From NCBI RefSeq assembly GCF_000025945.1, contig NC_006138.1, positions 990,001 to 1,022,000 of the forward strand: a stretch of DNA of 32,000 nucleotides. Direction: 5' to 3'. The stretch is from Desulfotalea psychrophila LSv54. Lineage in GTDB: Bacteria; Desulfobacterota; Desulfobulbia; Desulfobulbales; Desulfocapsaceae. How positions within the stretch are numbered: the stretch's first letter is position 1; the number at the start of each line of letters is the position of its first letter. The notes beneath the pieces are model-generated. The model did no database searches. It was not told where the DNA came from and saw nothing but the letters and a program-made list of their open reading frames with translations. A program made the translations under genes and the position numbers. This document shows positions 11,171 through 20,644 of this stretch, in pieces.

Positions 11171-11752
11171 TTATAAAAAGGGAGAGAAAACCCCATTGTC
11201 ATAGAGGATATTGAGGCCTATGGCCCATAGGATAATTCCACCTAACACCTCTGCGTAGGAGCTGAATCTTTGTAGCTTTGCGATGCGTTGACCAAGAAGC
11301 ATGCCGAAGAGGGTGAAGGCTCCCGCCACTAGACCGATGATCAGGGCAGGATACCAGATAGAGACTTCGAGCATGGAGAGACTCAGGCCCACGGCCAGGG
11401 CATCGATGCTGGTGGCCAGGGAGAGGATAATCAGCCTCAGTCCCCGCGTTGGATCCTTTTCCCCGGGCTCCTCCTCGTCATCACTTAAGGCCTCTCTTAT
11501 CATATTGGCCCCAACCAGGGCCAGGAGGGTAAAGGCAATCCAGTGGGCATAGCTTTGGGTGAATTGACGAATGCCTGTGCCAAGGGCCCAGCCGATGATG
11601 GGCATCAATGCCTGGAAGAGACCGAAGTGGTAGGAGAGGCGGAAGGCCTGCCGAAAACGAATTCTTTTAAGGCCAATGCCAACGGCGATGGCCACGGCAA
11701 AGGCGTCCATTGCCAGGGCAACGGCCAGGCCGAGAAGGTATGTTGTGGACAT
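11171..11752 (-). CDS. mntP: MntP-family manganese efflux pump-like membrane protein
   Basis: 193 aa, six-TM-like hydrophobic protein with GLAVALAMDAFAVAIAVG and LATSIDALAVGLSLS, typical of MntP/YebN. Confidence 0.85.
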   Translation of the reverse strand: MSTTYLLGLAVALAMDAFAVAIAVGIGLKRIRFRQAFRLSYHFGLFQALMPIIGWALGTGIRQFTQSYAHWIAFTLLALVGANMIREALSDDEEEPGEKDPTRGLRLIILSLATSIDALAVGLSLSMLEVSIWYPALIIGLVAGAFTLFGMLLGQRIAKLQRFSSYAEVLGGIILWAIGLNILYDNGVFSPFL

Positions 11753-11831
11753 GGATGCAACCTTGAAAAATCAGATTATCGTTGAATCCCTGTCTGGTTG
11801 AAAAGGCGAATTTTTCAGATTAGGACAGAGG

Positions 11832-12872
11832 TTAACGAAAATTTTGGTTAATTTGTTGAAGGATCTTGTTTTTAGGACAGAGTTCACTCTCTTGTAAACT
11901 ATTGAGCGATTTTTTGCAGGTGTTAAGGAGCTGGTGGCTGTTTTGGCTACCCTCTTCTATATAGAGGAGTCCGGTGAGGATGCGGTTCTCTTCCTTTGCC
12001 TCCAGCAGATCCTGCATGGCCATAAGCCGGTTTCTGACATCTCTTTCTGGGTTCATGGGTAAAAGTAGCTGGCTGCCGTTGTCCATCTTGATGCGCTGTC
12101 CATTCTCCTTGCTCTGCTCCTCCTCTTTGGCGGCAATGAATTTGATATTACCTCTGCTCTTTATGTGGGCGCGTACATATTCATAGCTTTTGGTGGAACC
12201 GGCGTTGTTGTTGAAGGTGATGCAGGGGGAGATGACATCGAGAAATGCCAGACCATTATGGCTAAAGGCGGCCTTGAGGAGGGGCTCCAACTGTGACCTG
12301 TCCCCGGAAAAACTGCGGGCAACAAAGGTGGCACCGAGGCTGAGGGCCAGTTCGCAGAGATCAATGGACTCATAGATGCTGGCCTTGCCCTTTCTGCTGG
12401 CGGAACCCCGGTCAGCGGTGGCAGAATCCTGTCCCTTGGTCAAGCCATAGCAACCATTGTTCATGACAATATAGCTAAGCTTGGGGTTGCGCCGGATTAT
12501 GTGAGCAAATTGGCCCATGCCGATGGAGGCAGTATCTCCGTCCCCCGATATACCTATCATCAGCAGATCTTGGTCGGACATATGGGCCCCCATGGCCACC
12601 GAGGGCATGCGTCCATGGACGGAGTTAAAGCCATGACTCCGACCGAGGAAGTAGGTAGGAGTCTTGCTGGAACAGCCAATTCCGCTGACCTTAACCGCCT
12701 GATGCGGTGGTATGTTCATTTCAAAACATGCCTGGATTATGGCGTTGGTCACAGAGTCGTGGCCACAGCCGGGGCAGAGGGTAGAGGCCGCTCCCTCGTA
12801 ATCTTTTCGTCTGTAGCCCAGGGCATTAAGCGGATCTTTTGGATGGTGAAATATTGGTTTGTTGGTGGTCAT
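11832..12872 (-). CDS. 2-oxoacid:ferredoxin/acceptor oxidoreductase, beta subunit (TPP-binding)
   Basis: LCPGCGHDSVTNAI, GIGCSSKTPTYF, HGRMPSVAMGAHMSDQDLLMIGISGDGDTASIGMGQFAHIIRRN; TPP-binding GDGD...N motif. Confidence 0.9.
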   Translation of the reverse strand: MTTNKPIFHHPKDPLNALGYRRKDYEGAASTLCPGCGHDSVTNAIIQACFEMNIPPHQAVKVSGIGCSSKTPTYFLGRSHGFNSVHGRMPSVAMGAHMSDQDLLMIGISGDGDTASIGMGQFAHIIRRNPKLSYIVMNNGCYGLTKGQDSATADRGSASRKGKASIYESIDLCELALSLGATFVARSFSGDRSQLEPLLKAAFSHNGLAFLDVISPCITFNNNAGSTKSYEYVRAHIKSRGNIKFIAAKEEEQSKENGQRIKMDNGSQLLLPMNPERDVRNRLMAMQDLLEAKEENRILTGLLYIEEGSQNSHQLLNTCKKSLNSLQESELCPKNKILQQINQNFR

Positions 12873-14692
12873 AGTGCAGCCCCCATGGCTTGCAGCGGGG
12901 GTTCTATCTGCCGGATAATATTATTTGCCGTGATTGGCAGGCCGTCAAAGCTGAGTACTGAGAGGAGCTGTTCCTGTTCGGCCCTGCAGTCAAAGAGGAG
13001 GAGACTGCGCATTTGTGCGTCCCTGTTCTGTTCAATGACAAAGATTTTTTGGTGCTGATCAAGGAAGCTCTGGACCTCTTGGTGGAAGGGGAAGGCGTAG
13101 ATCTGTAGGCTATTGAGCTTGATTCCCCTTGCGCTGAGCTCGTCCAAGGCCTCTCGGCAGGCCGGAGCGGAGCTGCCGAAAAATAATATAGCTAAGGGAT
13201 TGTCTGCCTCTCCTCTGCCGATTGCGGGGGGGGGTAAAATTCTTCGGGCAGTTTCCCATTTTCTGAGGAGGCGTTCCATCCCCCTGCGGTAGACGTCGTC
13301 GTTCTCATCATAACCAGAGTATTCATCGTGTGATGTCCCTCTGGTGAAATATGCCCCATGCTCTGGATGGCTGCCAGGAAGGCTGCGATAACAGATGCCA
13401 TCACCATCAAGGTCAAGGTATCTGCCCCATTTCTCCTCAAGTTCTTCAATTTCCCGGCCTGTGATTATCTTGCCCCGGTCGTAGCGGTGGGAGTCATCCC
13501 ACTGTAGTGGTGGGCAGATATGGTCGTTCATGCCCAAATCAAGATCGCTGAGGATAATGACCGGGGTTTGCAGTCTGTCGGCTAGGTCAAAGGCTTGGAC
13601 CGTCAGTTGAAAACAGTCCGTCGGGGTCTCTGGCAGGAGGAGGATATGTTTGCTGTCACCGTGGGAGGCAAGGGCCGCGGCCAGGATATCCGCCTGTTGG
13701 CTTCTGGTTGGCATGCCCGTGCTAGGTCCAGCTCGCTGGACGTCGATCAGGACTGTTGGTATCTCGGCAAAGTATGCCAGGCCTAAAAATTCCGTCATCA
13801 GTGATAGGCCGGGGCCGGAGGTGGCGGTAAATGCGCGTGCGCCACTCCAGTTGGCGCCGATGGCTATTCCGCAGGCGGCCAGTTCATCCTCTGCCTGGAT
13901 GATGGCAAATTTGTTTTTTCCCTCACTGTCAACCCGAAACTTATGACAGTTTTTTTCAAATGCCTCGATCACCGAAGTTGATGGGGTGATGGGATACCAG
14001 GCCGCAACCGTTGCCCCGCCGTAGACGGCACCTAGGCCTGTTGCGCTATTGCCGTCTATAAGGATGGCGTCGCCGATGAGGTCGCTCCGCGACTCAAGCT
14101 GGAGGTCGCAGCTGGCGGGGAAATGTTCGCTGGCATAGGAAAAGCCAATCTTCAAGGCTTCTCTATTAATGTCTGCAAGCTTGGCCTTGCCGCTGAACTG
14201 TTGCTCCAGTGATTCGCTCAGGATGGAAAAATCAAGGTCGATGAGATAGGAGAGAGCACCTATATAGATAATGTTTTTCAGTAGCTGTTGCAGGCGTGCC
14301 GTGGAGAAGGCAGAGCTTGCCATTTCGCTTAAGGGGATGCCTATTTCAAGGATATCATCTCTGTTAAATTCCTCGCCGAGGGGGCGAGTTGAGTCATAGA
14401 GAAAATAGCCCCCTGCTGCCACCTGTTGGTAGTCATCTTTCAGGGTCTGGCCGTTGATGGCCACCGCAAAGTCAACCTCCTCTCGGCGGCCCATATATCC
14501 CCTTTCGCTAATGCGTACCTCATACCAGGTGGGCAGGCCCTTGATGTTTGAGGGAAAGATGTTTTTGCCGCTGACGGGGATGCCCATGCGAAATATTGCC
14601 TTGCTGAAGAGGTTATTGGCACTGGCAGAGCCTGAGCCGTTGGCATTGGCAAAGCGGACAACGAAATCATTTATCTTTCTAATTTTTTTCAT
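12869..14692 (-). CDS. 2-oxoacid:ferredoxin/acceptor oxidoreductase, fused gamma-alpha subunit
   Basis: 607 aa. N-terminal gamma-like domain (GYMGRREEVDFAVAING) fused to alpha (DGNSATGLGAVYGGATVAAWYPITPSTSVIEAFE...GPGLSLMTEFLGLAYFAEIPTVLIDVQRAGPSTGMPT). 4-bp overlap with the beta gene. Confidence 0.9.
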   Translation of the reverse strand: MKKIRKINDFVVRFANANGSGSASANNLFSKAIFRMGIPVSGKNIFPSNIKGLPTWYEVRISERGYMGRREEVDFAVAINGQTLKDDYQQVAAGGYFLYDSTRPLGEEFNRDDILEIGIPLSEMASSAFSTARLQQLLKNIIYIGALSYLIDLDFSILSESLEQQFSGKAKLADINREALKIGFSYASEHFPASCDLQLESRSDLIGDAILIDGNSATGLGAVYGGATVAAWYPITPSTSVIEAFEKNCHKFRVDSEGKNKFAIIQAEDELAACGIAIGANWSGARAFTATSGPGLSLMTEFLGLAYFAEIPTVLIDVQRAGPSTGMPTRSQQADILAAALASHGDSKHILLLPETPTDCFQLTVQAFDLADRLQTPVIILSDLDLGMNDHICPPLQWDDSHRYDRGKIITGREIEELEEKWGRYLDLDGDGICYRSLPGSHPEHGAYFTRGTSHDEYSGYDENDDVYRRGMERLLRKWETARRILPPPAIGRGEADNPLAILFFGSSAPACREALDELSARGIKLNSLQIYAFPFHQEVQSFLDQHQKIFVIEQNRDAQMRSLLLFDCRAEQEQLLSVLSFDGLPITANNIIRQIEPPLQAMGAAL

Positions 14693-16452
14693 TTTTGTCC
14701 TGGATAGGAGAGGGTCGATTTAAGCATTTGCCAGGAGGATGTGGGGCATCTATTCGCGCAGAGGGCGCAGTGCAGGCAGACATTTTCATCCTTTACCATG
14801 ATGTGACCAATGGGGGTGGGCTCCGAGACATAGAGAGCCTGACTGAGATTTTCAGCCGGTATCCGGAGAGAGGTTCTGAGCTCATTCTCTGTGCTGTCCA
14901 TGAAGTTAATACAGGAAACAGGGCAGATATCTACGCAGGCATCGCACTCTATGCAGGTGGCTGCCTCGAAGACGGTTTGAATGTCACAGTTGAGGCAACG
15001 TGAGGCCTCTTGCAGGCCCACCTCCTGATCAAAGCCAAGTTCCACCTCCATGAGTCTGTTTCGAATTGATTTGACAGGGCTTTCTCTTGGTACCTTGTTG
15101 CGGTGGGCGATGGATATATCGTTGTCATAGGCCCACTCCTGCAGGCCCATTTTTTGGCTGCTCAGGCTGAGGAGGGTAGGAGGGCGCTCATCCAAACTCT
15201 GCCCCTGGCAAAAGAGATCAATGGAGATGGCGGCTTGATGTCCATGGGCTACGGCGGTAATTACGTTTTTGGGGCCAAAGGCGGCATCGCCACCAAAGAA
15301 CAGTCGGGGGATGTTGGACTGCAGTGTTTCAGGGTCGATCAGTGGCAGCCCATTTTTGTAGTGCAGACCGATATCTCTTTCTATCCAAGGAAAGGCATTC
15401 TCCTGCCCCACCGCCAGGATAACATCGTCGCAGGGGATAAAGACCGGTGCCTCTCCGCTGGAGATGAGCTCTCTCTCGCCTCTATCGTTTTGCCTGGCCT
15501 CTACCCGGTCAAAGTTCATGCCTGTCAGTCTGTCACCTTCCGTGACAAAGGCTAGGGGGAGATGGTTGTCTATGAGGTGAACCCCCTCCAGGAGGGCCTC
15601 TTCAATTTCCCAGAGGGAGGCCTTCATCGTCTCTTTAGGGCTGCGAACAATAATGGAGACATTCTCGCCCCCGAGGCGTCGGGCAGTGCGACAGCAATCC
15701 ATGGCTGTATTTCCTCCACCAAGGACCAGTACCCGGGGGCCTATCTTTTTTACATGCCGGTAGAGAACGGCCGCCAGCCATTCAGTGCCGATGGCAATGT
15801 TCTTTCTGCCCGCCTCCCTGCCTGGTAGCTTGGCCAGGTCGCGACCGCGGGGGGCACCGGTGCCGACAAAAACGGCATCGAAGTTCTGTCCAAGTATGCT
15901 TTTGAGACTGCTGATATAACCATTGAAGTGGGTGATAACGCCCATGTTGAGAATGATATCAACCTCCTCTTCAAGGATTTTTTCGGGCAGGCGGAAGGAG
16001 GGGACCTGGGTGCGAATGAAACCACCGGCCTTTTTTTGTTGGTCAAAGAGATGGATTTCGTAACCAAGAAGGCGCAGATCCCGAGCAACGGTCAGGGAGG
16101 CCGGGCCGCCGCCAATGAGGGCGATTTTTTTGCCGTTTGGGGCCCGGCATTTTGTTGGCAGAATATCAATGCTGCTCTTTTTGTCTGCTGCCAGGCGTTT
16201 TAACCTGCAGATGGCAACAGGGGTTTCCTCGATTCGTCCTCGTCTACAGGCGGGTTCACAGGGGCGATCGCATATTCTTCCCAGTACTCCGGGAAATACG
16301 TTTGATATCCAGTTTATTATATATGCCTGGTCGTACTCCCTCCGGGCAATATGCTGTATGTATTGAGGTACGGGGGTGTGGGTGGGACAGGCGTATTGGC
16401 AGTCTATAATTTTGTGGAAATATTCCGGTTTTTTTATGTCAGTTGGTTTCAA
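14689..16452 (-). CDS. FAD-dependent oxidoreductase, glutamate synthase small subunit (GltD)-like, with C-terminal ferredoxin-type 4Fe-4S domain
   Basis: CQYACPTHTPVPQYI...CDRPCEPACRRGRI (N-terminal FeS cysteines), KIALIGGGPASLTVARDL, VLVLGGGNTAMDCCRTA, LFFGGDAAFGPKNVITAVAHGHQAA, and CIECDACVDICP / CLHCALCANRCP. 4-bp overlap with the next gene. Confidence 0.9.
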   Translation of the reverse strand: MKPTDIKKPEYFHKIIDCQYACPTHTPVPQYIQHIARREYDQAYIINWISNVFPGVLGRICDRPCEPACRRGRIEETPVAICRLKRLAADKKSSIDILPTKCRAPNGKKIALIGGGPASLTVARDLRLLGYEIHLFDQQKKAGGFIRTQVPSFRLPEKILEEEVDIILNMGVITHFNGYISSLKSILGQNFDAVFVGTGAPRGRDLAKLPGREAGRKNIAIGTEWLAAVLYRHVKKIGPRVLVLGGGNTAMDCCRTARRLGGENVSIIVRSPKETMKASLWEIEEALLEGVHLIDNHLPLAFVTEGDRLTGMNFDRVEARQNDRGERELISSGEAPVFIPCDDVILAVGQENAFPWIERDIGLHYKNGLPLIDPETLQSNIPRLFFGGDAAFGPKNVITAVAHGHQAAISIDLFCQGQSLDERPPTLLSLSSQKMGLQEWAYDNDISIAHRNKVPRESPVKSIRNRLMEVELGFDQEVGLQEASRCLNCDIQTVFEAATCIECDACVDICPVSCINFMDSTENELRTSLRIPAENLSQALYVSEPTPIGHIMVKDENVCLHCALCANRCPTSSWQMLKSTLSYPGQK

Positions 16453-16591
16453 ACTATTCTTGCCCCCTTGTTAGGTGTTTGCTCGGAGGTGCAGTTGTGA
16501 AATTGTTGCTGTTTAATTGTAGTGAATCGGTCTGTTAAAAGAAAGGCTATTTCGGTTGTGACGGGGAAAATGCGCTGGGGGGAGGTGGGCA

Positions 16592-16615
16592 GTCGCCCTG
16601 CCATGGCAGGGCGAC
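16592..16615. repeat. Perfect 24-nt palindrome downstream of ilvD
   Basis: GTCGCCCTGCCATGGCAGGGCGAC reads the same on both strands; 14 nt beyond the ilvD stop on the minus strand, no following T-tract. Confidence 0.7.
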
Positions 16616-16628
16616 CGGAATTTGTTCC

Positions 16629-18463
16629 CTACTCAGGGATGATACGTACGGCACCCTTGTCTGCAGATGCAGCAAAGAGGGAGTATGCCTTGAGGGATCT
16701 TGAAACCTGACGGTCCCGACCGACGGGGGTGAATGCCTCCTTGCCCTTTGCCTCTTCCTGGGCCCTACGAGTGACAAGCTCGCAATCGCTGATATCTACT
16801 CTGATGCTTCGGTTGGGGATATCAATGACAATGCTGTCCCCTTCCTGGATGAGGCCGATGGCGCCACCTGCTGCGGCTTCAGGGGAGGCATGGCCGATGG
16901 AGAGGCCGGAGGTGCCGCCGGAAAAACGGCCATCGGTGAGCAGGGCACACTCCTTACCCAGATGTATTGATTTAAGGTAGGAGGTGGGGTAGAGCATCTC
17001 CTGCATACCCGGGCCGCCCTTTGGTCCTTCATAGCGGATGATGACGACATCTCCTGCCACAATATCACCACCGAGGATGGCTTCACAGGCATTGTCCTGA
17101 GAGGAAAAGACCCGGGCGCGTCCAGTGAAGGTGTAGAGGGCCTCGTCAACTCCTGCTGTTTTGACAATGGAGCCATTTTTCTGAGATATTTCCAAAGAGG
17201 ACGGTAATGCCACCTTCGGTACTGTAGCAATGCTCCACGCTGTGGATGCAACCGTCCTTGCGGGTCAGTGTCGAGCTCTCTATAGGTGGATGCCTGAGAG
17301 CCCATGGAGAGGTTGCGCACTCCTCCTGGGGCACTGGCATAAATATCAAGGGCCTCTGGGCTCACCGTTTCGCGGGCTATGTCGAAGAGATCCAGGGTGG
17401 CGGCAAGGCTTGGAGAATCCACCCGGCTCACCCCGGTGTCGAGGAGTCCTGCCCGGTCAAGTTCACCAAGGATGGCCATGATGCCTCCTGCCCGGTTGAC
17501 ATCCTCGATATGGTAGTTGCCGTTGGGTGCTACCTTGCAGAGATTTGGGACCTTGCGTGAGAGTTGGTCGATATCGCTCATACTGAAATCAACCCCTGCC
17601 TCATAGGCAATTGCCAGGAGATGAAGCACCGTGTTGGTGGAACCGCCCATGGCAATATCAAGGGACATGGCGTTCATGAAGGCCGCCTTGCTGGCGATGG
17701 ATCGTGGCAGTACCGAGCTGTCTTCCTGGCCGTACCAGGCATCTGCCATTTTAACGATTTTCTGGGCGGCCTGGACAAAGAGGGCTTCGCGGTTTTTGTG
17801 GGTGGCAACGATGGTGCCATTTCCGGGGAGGGCAAGTCCCAGGGCTTCGTTTAGGCAGTTCATAGAGTTGGCGGTGAACATGCCGGAGCAAGAGCCACAG
17901 GTTGGACAGGCGCACTCCTCTACTCGCTGCACCTCTTCATTGCTGACGTTGGCATCGGCAGCCATGACCATGGCGTCGATGAGGTCGTAGCGTTTGTCGC
18001 CGTCCCGGCCCGCCTCCATTGGTCCGCCGGAGACAAATATTGCCGGAATATTAAGGCGCATTGCCGCCATAAGCATCCCGGGGGTGATTTTATCACAGTT
18101 GCTGATACAGATGATGGCATCGACGGTATGGGCATTGCACATATACTCTACACTGTCGGCAATCAATTCGCGGGAGGGGAGGGAGTAAAGCATGCCTGAA
18201 TGGCCCATGGCGATACCGTCATCAATGGCAATGGTGTTCATTTCAGCGGCAAAACAACCGGCGTCTTCAATTACTTTTTTTACCTGTTGACCAATTTCAT
18301 GGAGGTGGACATGGCCGGGAACAAATTGGGTAAAGGAGTTTATTATGCCGATAATTGGTTTGCCAAACTGTTCCTCTTTCATGCCATTTGCTCGCCAGAG
18401 ACTTCTGGCTCCGGCCATTTTTCTTCCCTCGGTGGTGGTCGCACTGCGTAATGGAATTGCCAT
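16629..18463 (-). pseudogene. ilvD: Dihydroxy-acid dehydratase, reading frame interrupted by two apparent +1 frameshifts (pseudogene or sequencing/assembly error)
   Basis: Frame A (start 18463): [23 protein letters not shown]...[19 protein letters not shown]...LDTD. Frame B (about 17263-17180): [28 protein letters not shown]. Frame C (to 16629): [24 protein letters not shown]...[18 protein letters not shown]...[21 protein letters not shown]...[12 protein letters not shown]. Together these cover full-length IlvD. Confidence 0.88.
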
Positions 18464-18554
18464 AACTATTTCCCTTCTATTTTTGGATGGAATTGTTTTT
18501 ATGTGAATAATTAAGCAGGTAGTAAAAAAATATTTAGTAATATTACCCGAACCA

Positions 18555-18583
18555 TTTCAATATACTATTAAATTGGCTATAAT
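18555..18583 (+). promoter_or_regulatory. Possible sigma70-like promoter for the PilT/PilU-like gene
   Basis: TTTCAA - 17 nt - TATAAT; perfect -10, weak -35, in the divergent intergenic region. Confidence 0.4.
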
Positions 18584-18641
18584 TGCACACTAATTCAGAA
18601 GCTTGTTCCCTGCCCTAAAAGTTTATCCCCGGTGAGAGATT

Positions 18642-19811
18642 ATGAAAAAGACGGAAATAGATTATTGGATTACTGCTATGCTGGACTCCTGTAAAGATGT
18701 GTCTGATCTGAATATTACGGTTGGCAAAACCTTACAGGTTGAGGCGGCAGGAATACTCGAACCTGTGCAGGTAATGCCGCCGGTGCATGAATTAACTCCC
18801 TTTCAGACCGAGGTCTTTGCCCTGAATATCATCGGTAATAATCAGCGTCTATTGCGTAATCTTGCTGAAACAGGTTCTTGTGATCTCTCCTACTCTTTGG
18901 GGCAGGATGTGCGCTTCAGGGTAAATGTTTTTAGCCAGAAAGGCCATTATACCACCATATTGCGAAAGTTGGAGACAAAGGTGCCTTCACTTGAGTCCAT
19001 GGATTTCCCTGCCTGTTTTGCCAAGATGGCAACTGAATTGAATGGTTTGATCCTCTTTACCGGGGCAACGGGTACAGGTAAAACAACCTCCCTTGCCGCC
19101 TTAGTGGACAGGATCAACAAGGAACGTTCTGTTCATGTAATTACCCTTGAGGATCCCATAGAGTATGTGCACTCCCAGCAAAAGGCTACCCTTAATCAGC
19201 GTGAGCTGGGCAATGATTTTGACACCTTTGCCTCGGGGATGCGGGCTGCTTTGCGCCAGGCGCCAAAGGTTATTTTGGTGGGTGAGATGCGCGATCGTGA
19301 AACTCTGGAAATTGCCCTGACGGCAGCGGAAACAGGCCATATTGTTCTCTCTACTCTGCATACCATTGATGCGGGACAGACGATCAATCGTATTCTTGGT
19401 ATGTTTGATGAAAGTGAACAGCTGCAGATCCGTCATCGTCTTGTGGATACTATTCGCTGGGTGGTTGGTCAACGTCTCCTGCCCAAGGTGGGCGGCGGGC
19501 GGATAGCTGCCATGGAGATTCTCTGTACCAGCTTGCGGGTTAAGGATCTTATTATGAACGGTGAAAGTGAAGATAGAACCTATTATAATGTTATCAGTGA
19601 AGGTGCTGTTTCGGATATGCGCACCTTTGATCAGCATATTTTAAAGCTCTATTCGCGGGGGGCTATCACCGAAGATTCTGCCTTTCAGTACTGTTCACAG
19701 AGGAGTGTCATGGGGCGGGGAATTGATCGACTCAAGTCCGTACGTGGAGAGGCTACCTCTGGCCTGGCCGGTTTAGCCATGGAGGAAAAGGAAGATGACC
19801 GTTTTAAATAG
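18642..19811 (+). CDS. Type IV pilus retraction-type ATPase, PilT/PilU-like
   Basis: GLILFTGATGTGKTTSLAALVDRIN (Walker A), HVITLEDPIEYVH (Asp box), VILVGEMRDRETLEIALTAAETGHIVLSTLHTIDAGQTINRIL (Walker B and His box). C-terminus lacks the canonical PilT AIRNLIRE motif. Confidence 0.88.
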   Translation: MKKTEIDYWITAMLDSCKDVSDLNITVGKTLQVEAAGILEPVQVMPPVHELTPFQTEVFALNIIGNNQRLLRNLAETGSCDLSYSLGQDVRFRVNVFSQKGHYTTILRKLETKVPSLESMDFPACFAKMATELNGLILFTGATGTGKTTSLAALVDRINKERSVHVITLEDPIEYVHSQQKATLNQRELGNDFDTFASGMRAALRQAPKVILVGEMRDRETLEIALTAAETGHIVLSTLHTIDAGQTINRILGMFDESEQLQIRHRLVDTIRWVVGQRLLPKVGGGRIAAMEILCTSLRVKDLIMNGESEDRTYYNVISEGAVSDMRTFDQHILKLYSRGAITEDSAFQYCSQRSVMGRGIDRLKSVRGEATSGLAGLAMEEKEDDRFK

Positions 19812-19859
19812 CTGTATGGAGAAGGATGAGATCAATAAGTATTTGATGTGGGAGGGGGT

Positions 19860-20531
19860 ATGATTGTACAGTGTCCCAATTGTGGAAAGAAGCTCAAGGC
19901 CGGAGCAAAGCTTATTCAGGGGATTCAGGACCTGCCAGCAGGTGAGGAGTTACGGGTCAGATGCACTCAGTGCTCTACGTCCTTCGGGGTGAGTGGTTCC
20001 TCGCTGGCTGCTGATTCGTCTGCTGGTAGGAAACTTCAGCCGCCTGCAGCCCCCGATACCAGTTGGTTGGGGCAGGCCGACCTTGTGGATCCCGAGGTGG
20101 ATTCACGGCCCTCGGTGATGTTGCTTGTTCGTGATAATGATAGAAGAGAGCTTTTGTCCCAGGCATTTTCATCCTTGGGTTATTTTGTTGAATTTTGTGA
20201 TTCTCCTCGGGAAGCGCTTGAAAAGATGCAGTTTGTGGTGTATTCGGCGGTTATGTTGGCTGATGATTACGAGTCCGTGCCCCTGACTGAAAGTCTTGTC
20301 CATGTCCATATGTGTGCAATGCATATGGATCGTCGCCGCCATATTTTGTATATTCTTGTGGGGGAAAACTATCATAGCCTGTATGATCTCGAAGCTCTGG
20401 TATATTCTGCTAATATGGTGGTTAATAATAATGATGTTGAGTATTTTCCTGTTATGCTGAAAAAACTTGTCCGGGAGTATGATTCCCTCTTTGGTGGCCT
20501 TATGGGCGAGTTACAGCTTGTGGGGAAGTAA
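19860..20531 (+). CDS. Zinc-ribbon (MJ0042-like) protein with C-terminal degenerate receiver-like domain
   Basis: MIVQCPNCGKKLK...RVRCTQCSTSFGV (CxxC...CxxC); C-terminal SVMLLVRDNDRRELLSQAFSSLGYFVEFCDSPREALEKMQFVVYSAVMLADDYE resembles a REC fold. ATG at 19860 preceded by GGAGGG. Confidence 0.7.
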   Translation: MIVQCPNCGKKLKAGAKLIQGIQDLPAGEELRVRCTQCSTSFGVSGSSLAADSSAGRKLQPPAAPDTSWLGQADLVDPEVDSRPSVMLLVRDNDRRELLSQAFSSLGYFVEFCDSPREALEKMQFVVYSAVMLADDYESVPLTESLVHVHMCAMHMDRRRHILYILVGENYHSLYDLEALVYSANMVVNNNDVEYFPVMLKKLVREYDSLFGGLMGELQLVGK

Positions 20532-20644
20532 AAATAAAGATATCCGTTTATGGCCATTTTCTGTTGAGGGAGGTGGCTATTGTTTTTCGTTCCTGTTCCC
20601 GTTGCCCTGTTGGATGGCCATGAGCCGTTTGAGGAAATAAAATT

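Noticed and set aside
16796-17261. C-terminal part of the 555-aa track ORF ([22 protein letters not shown]...) as a distinct domain
   Set aside because: It is out-of-frame read-through of ilvD after the first frameshift; the real IlvD sequence continues in the other two frames.
17564-18451. Plus-strand ORFs opposite ilvD
   Set aside because: Antisense to conserved IlvD sequence, no domain signatures or convincing start sites.
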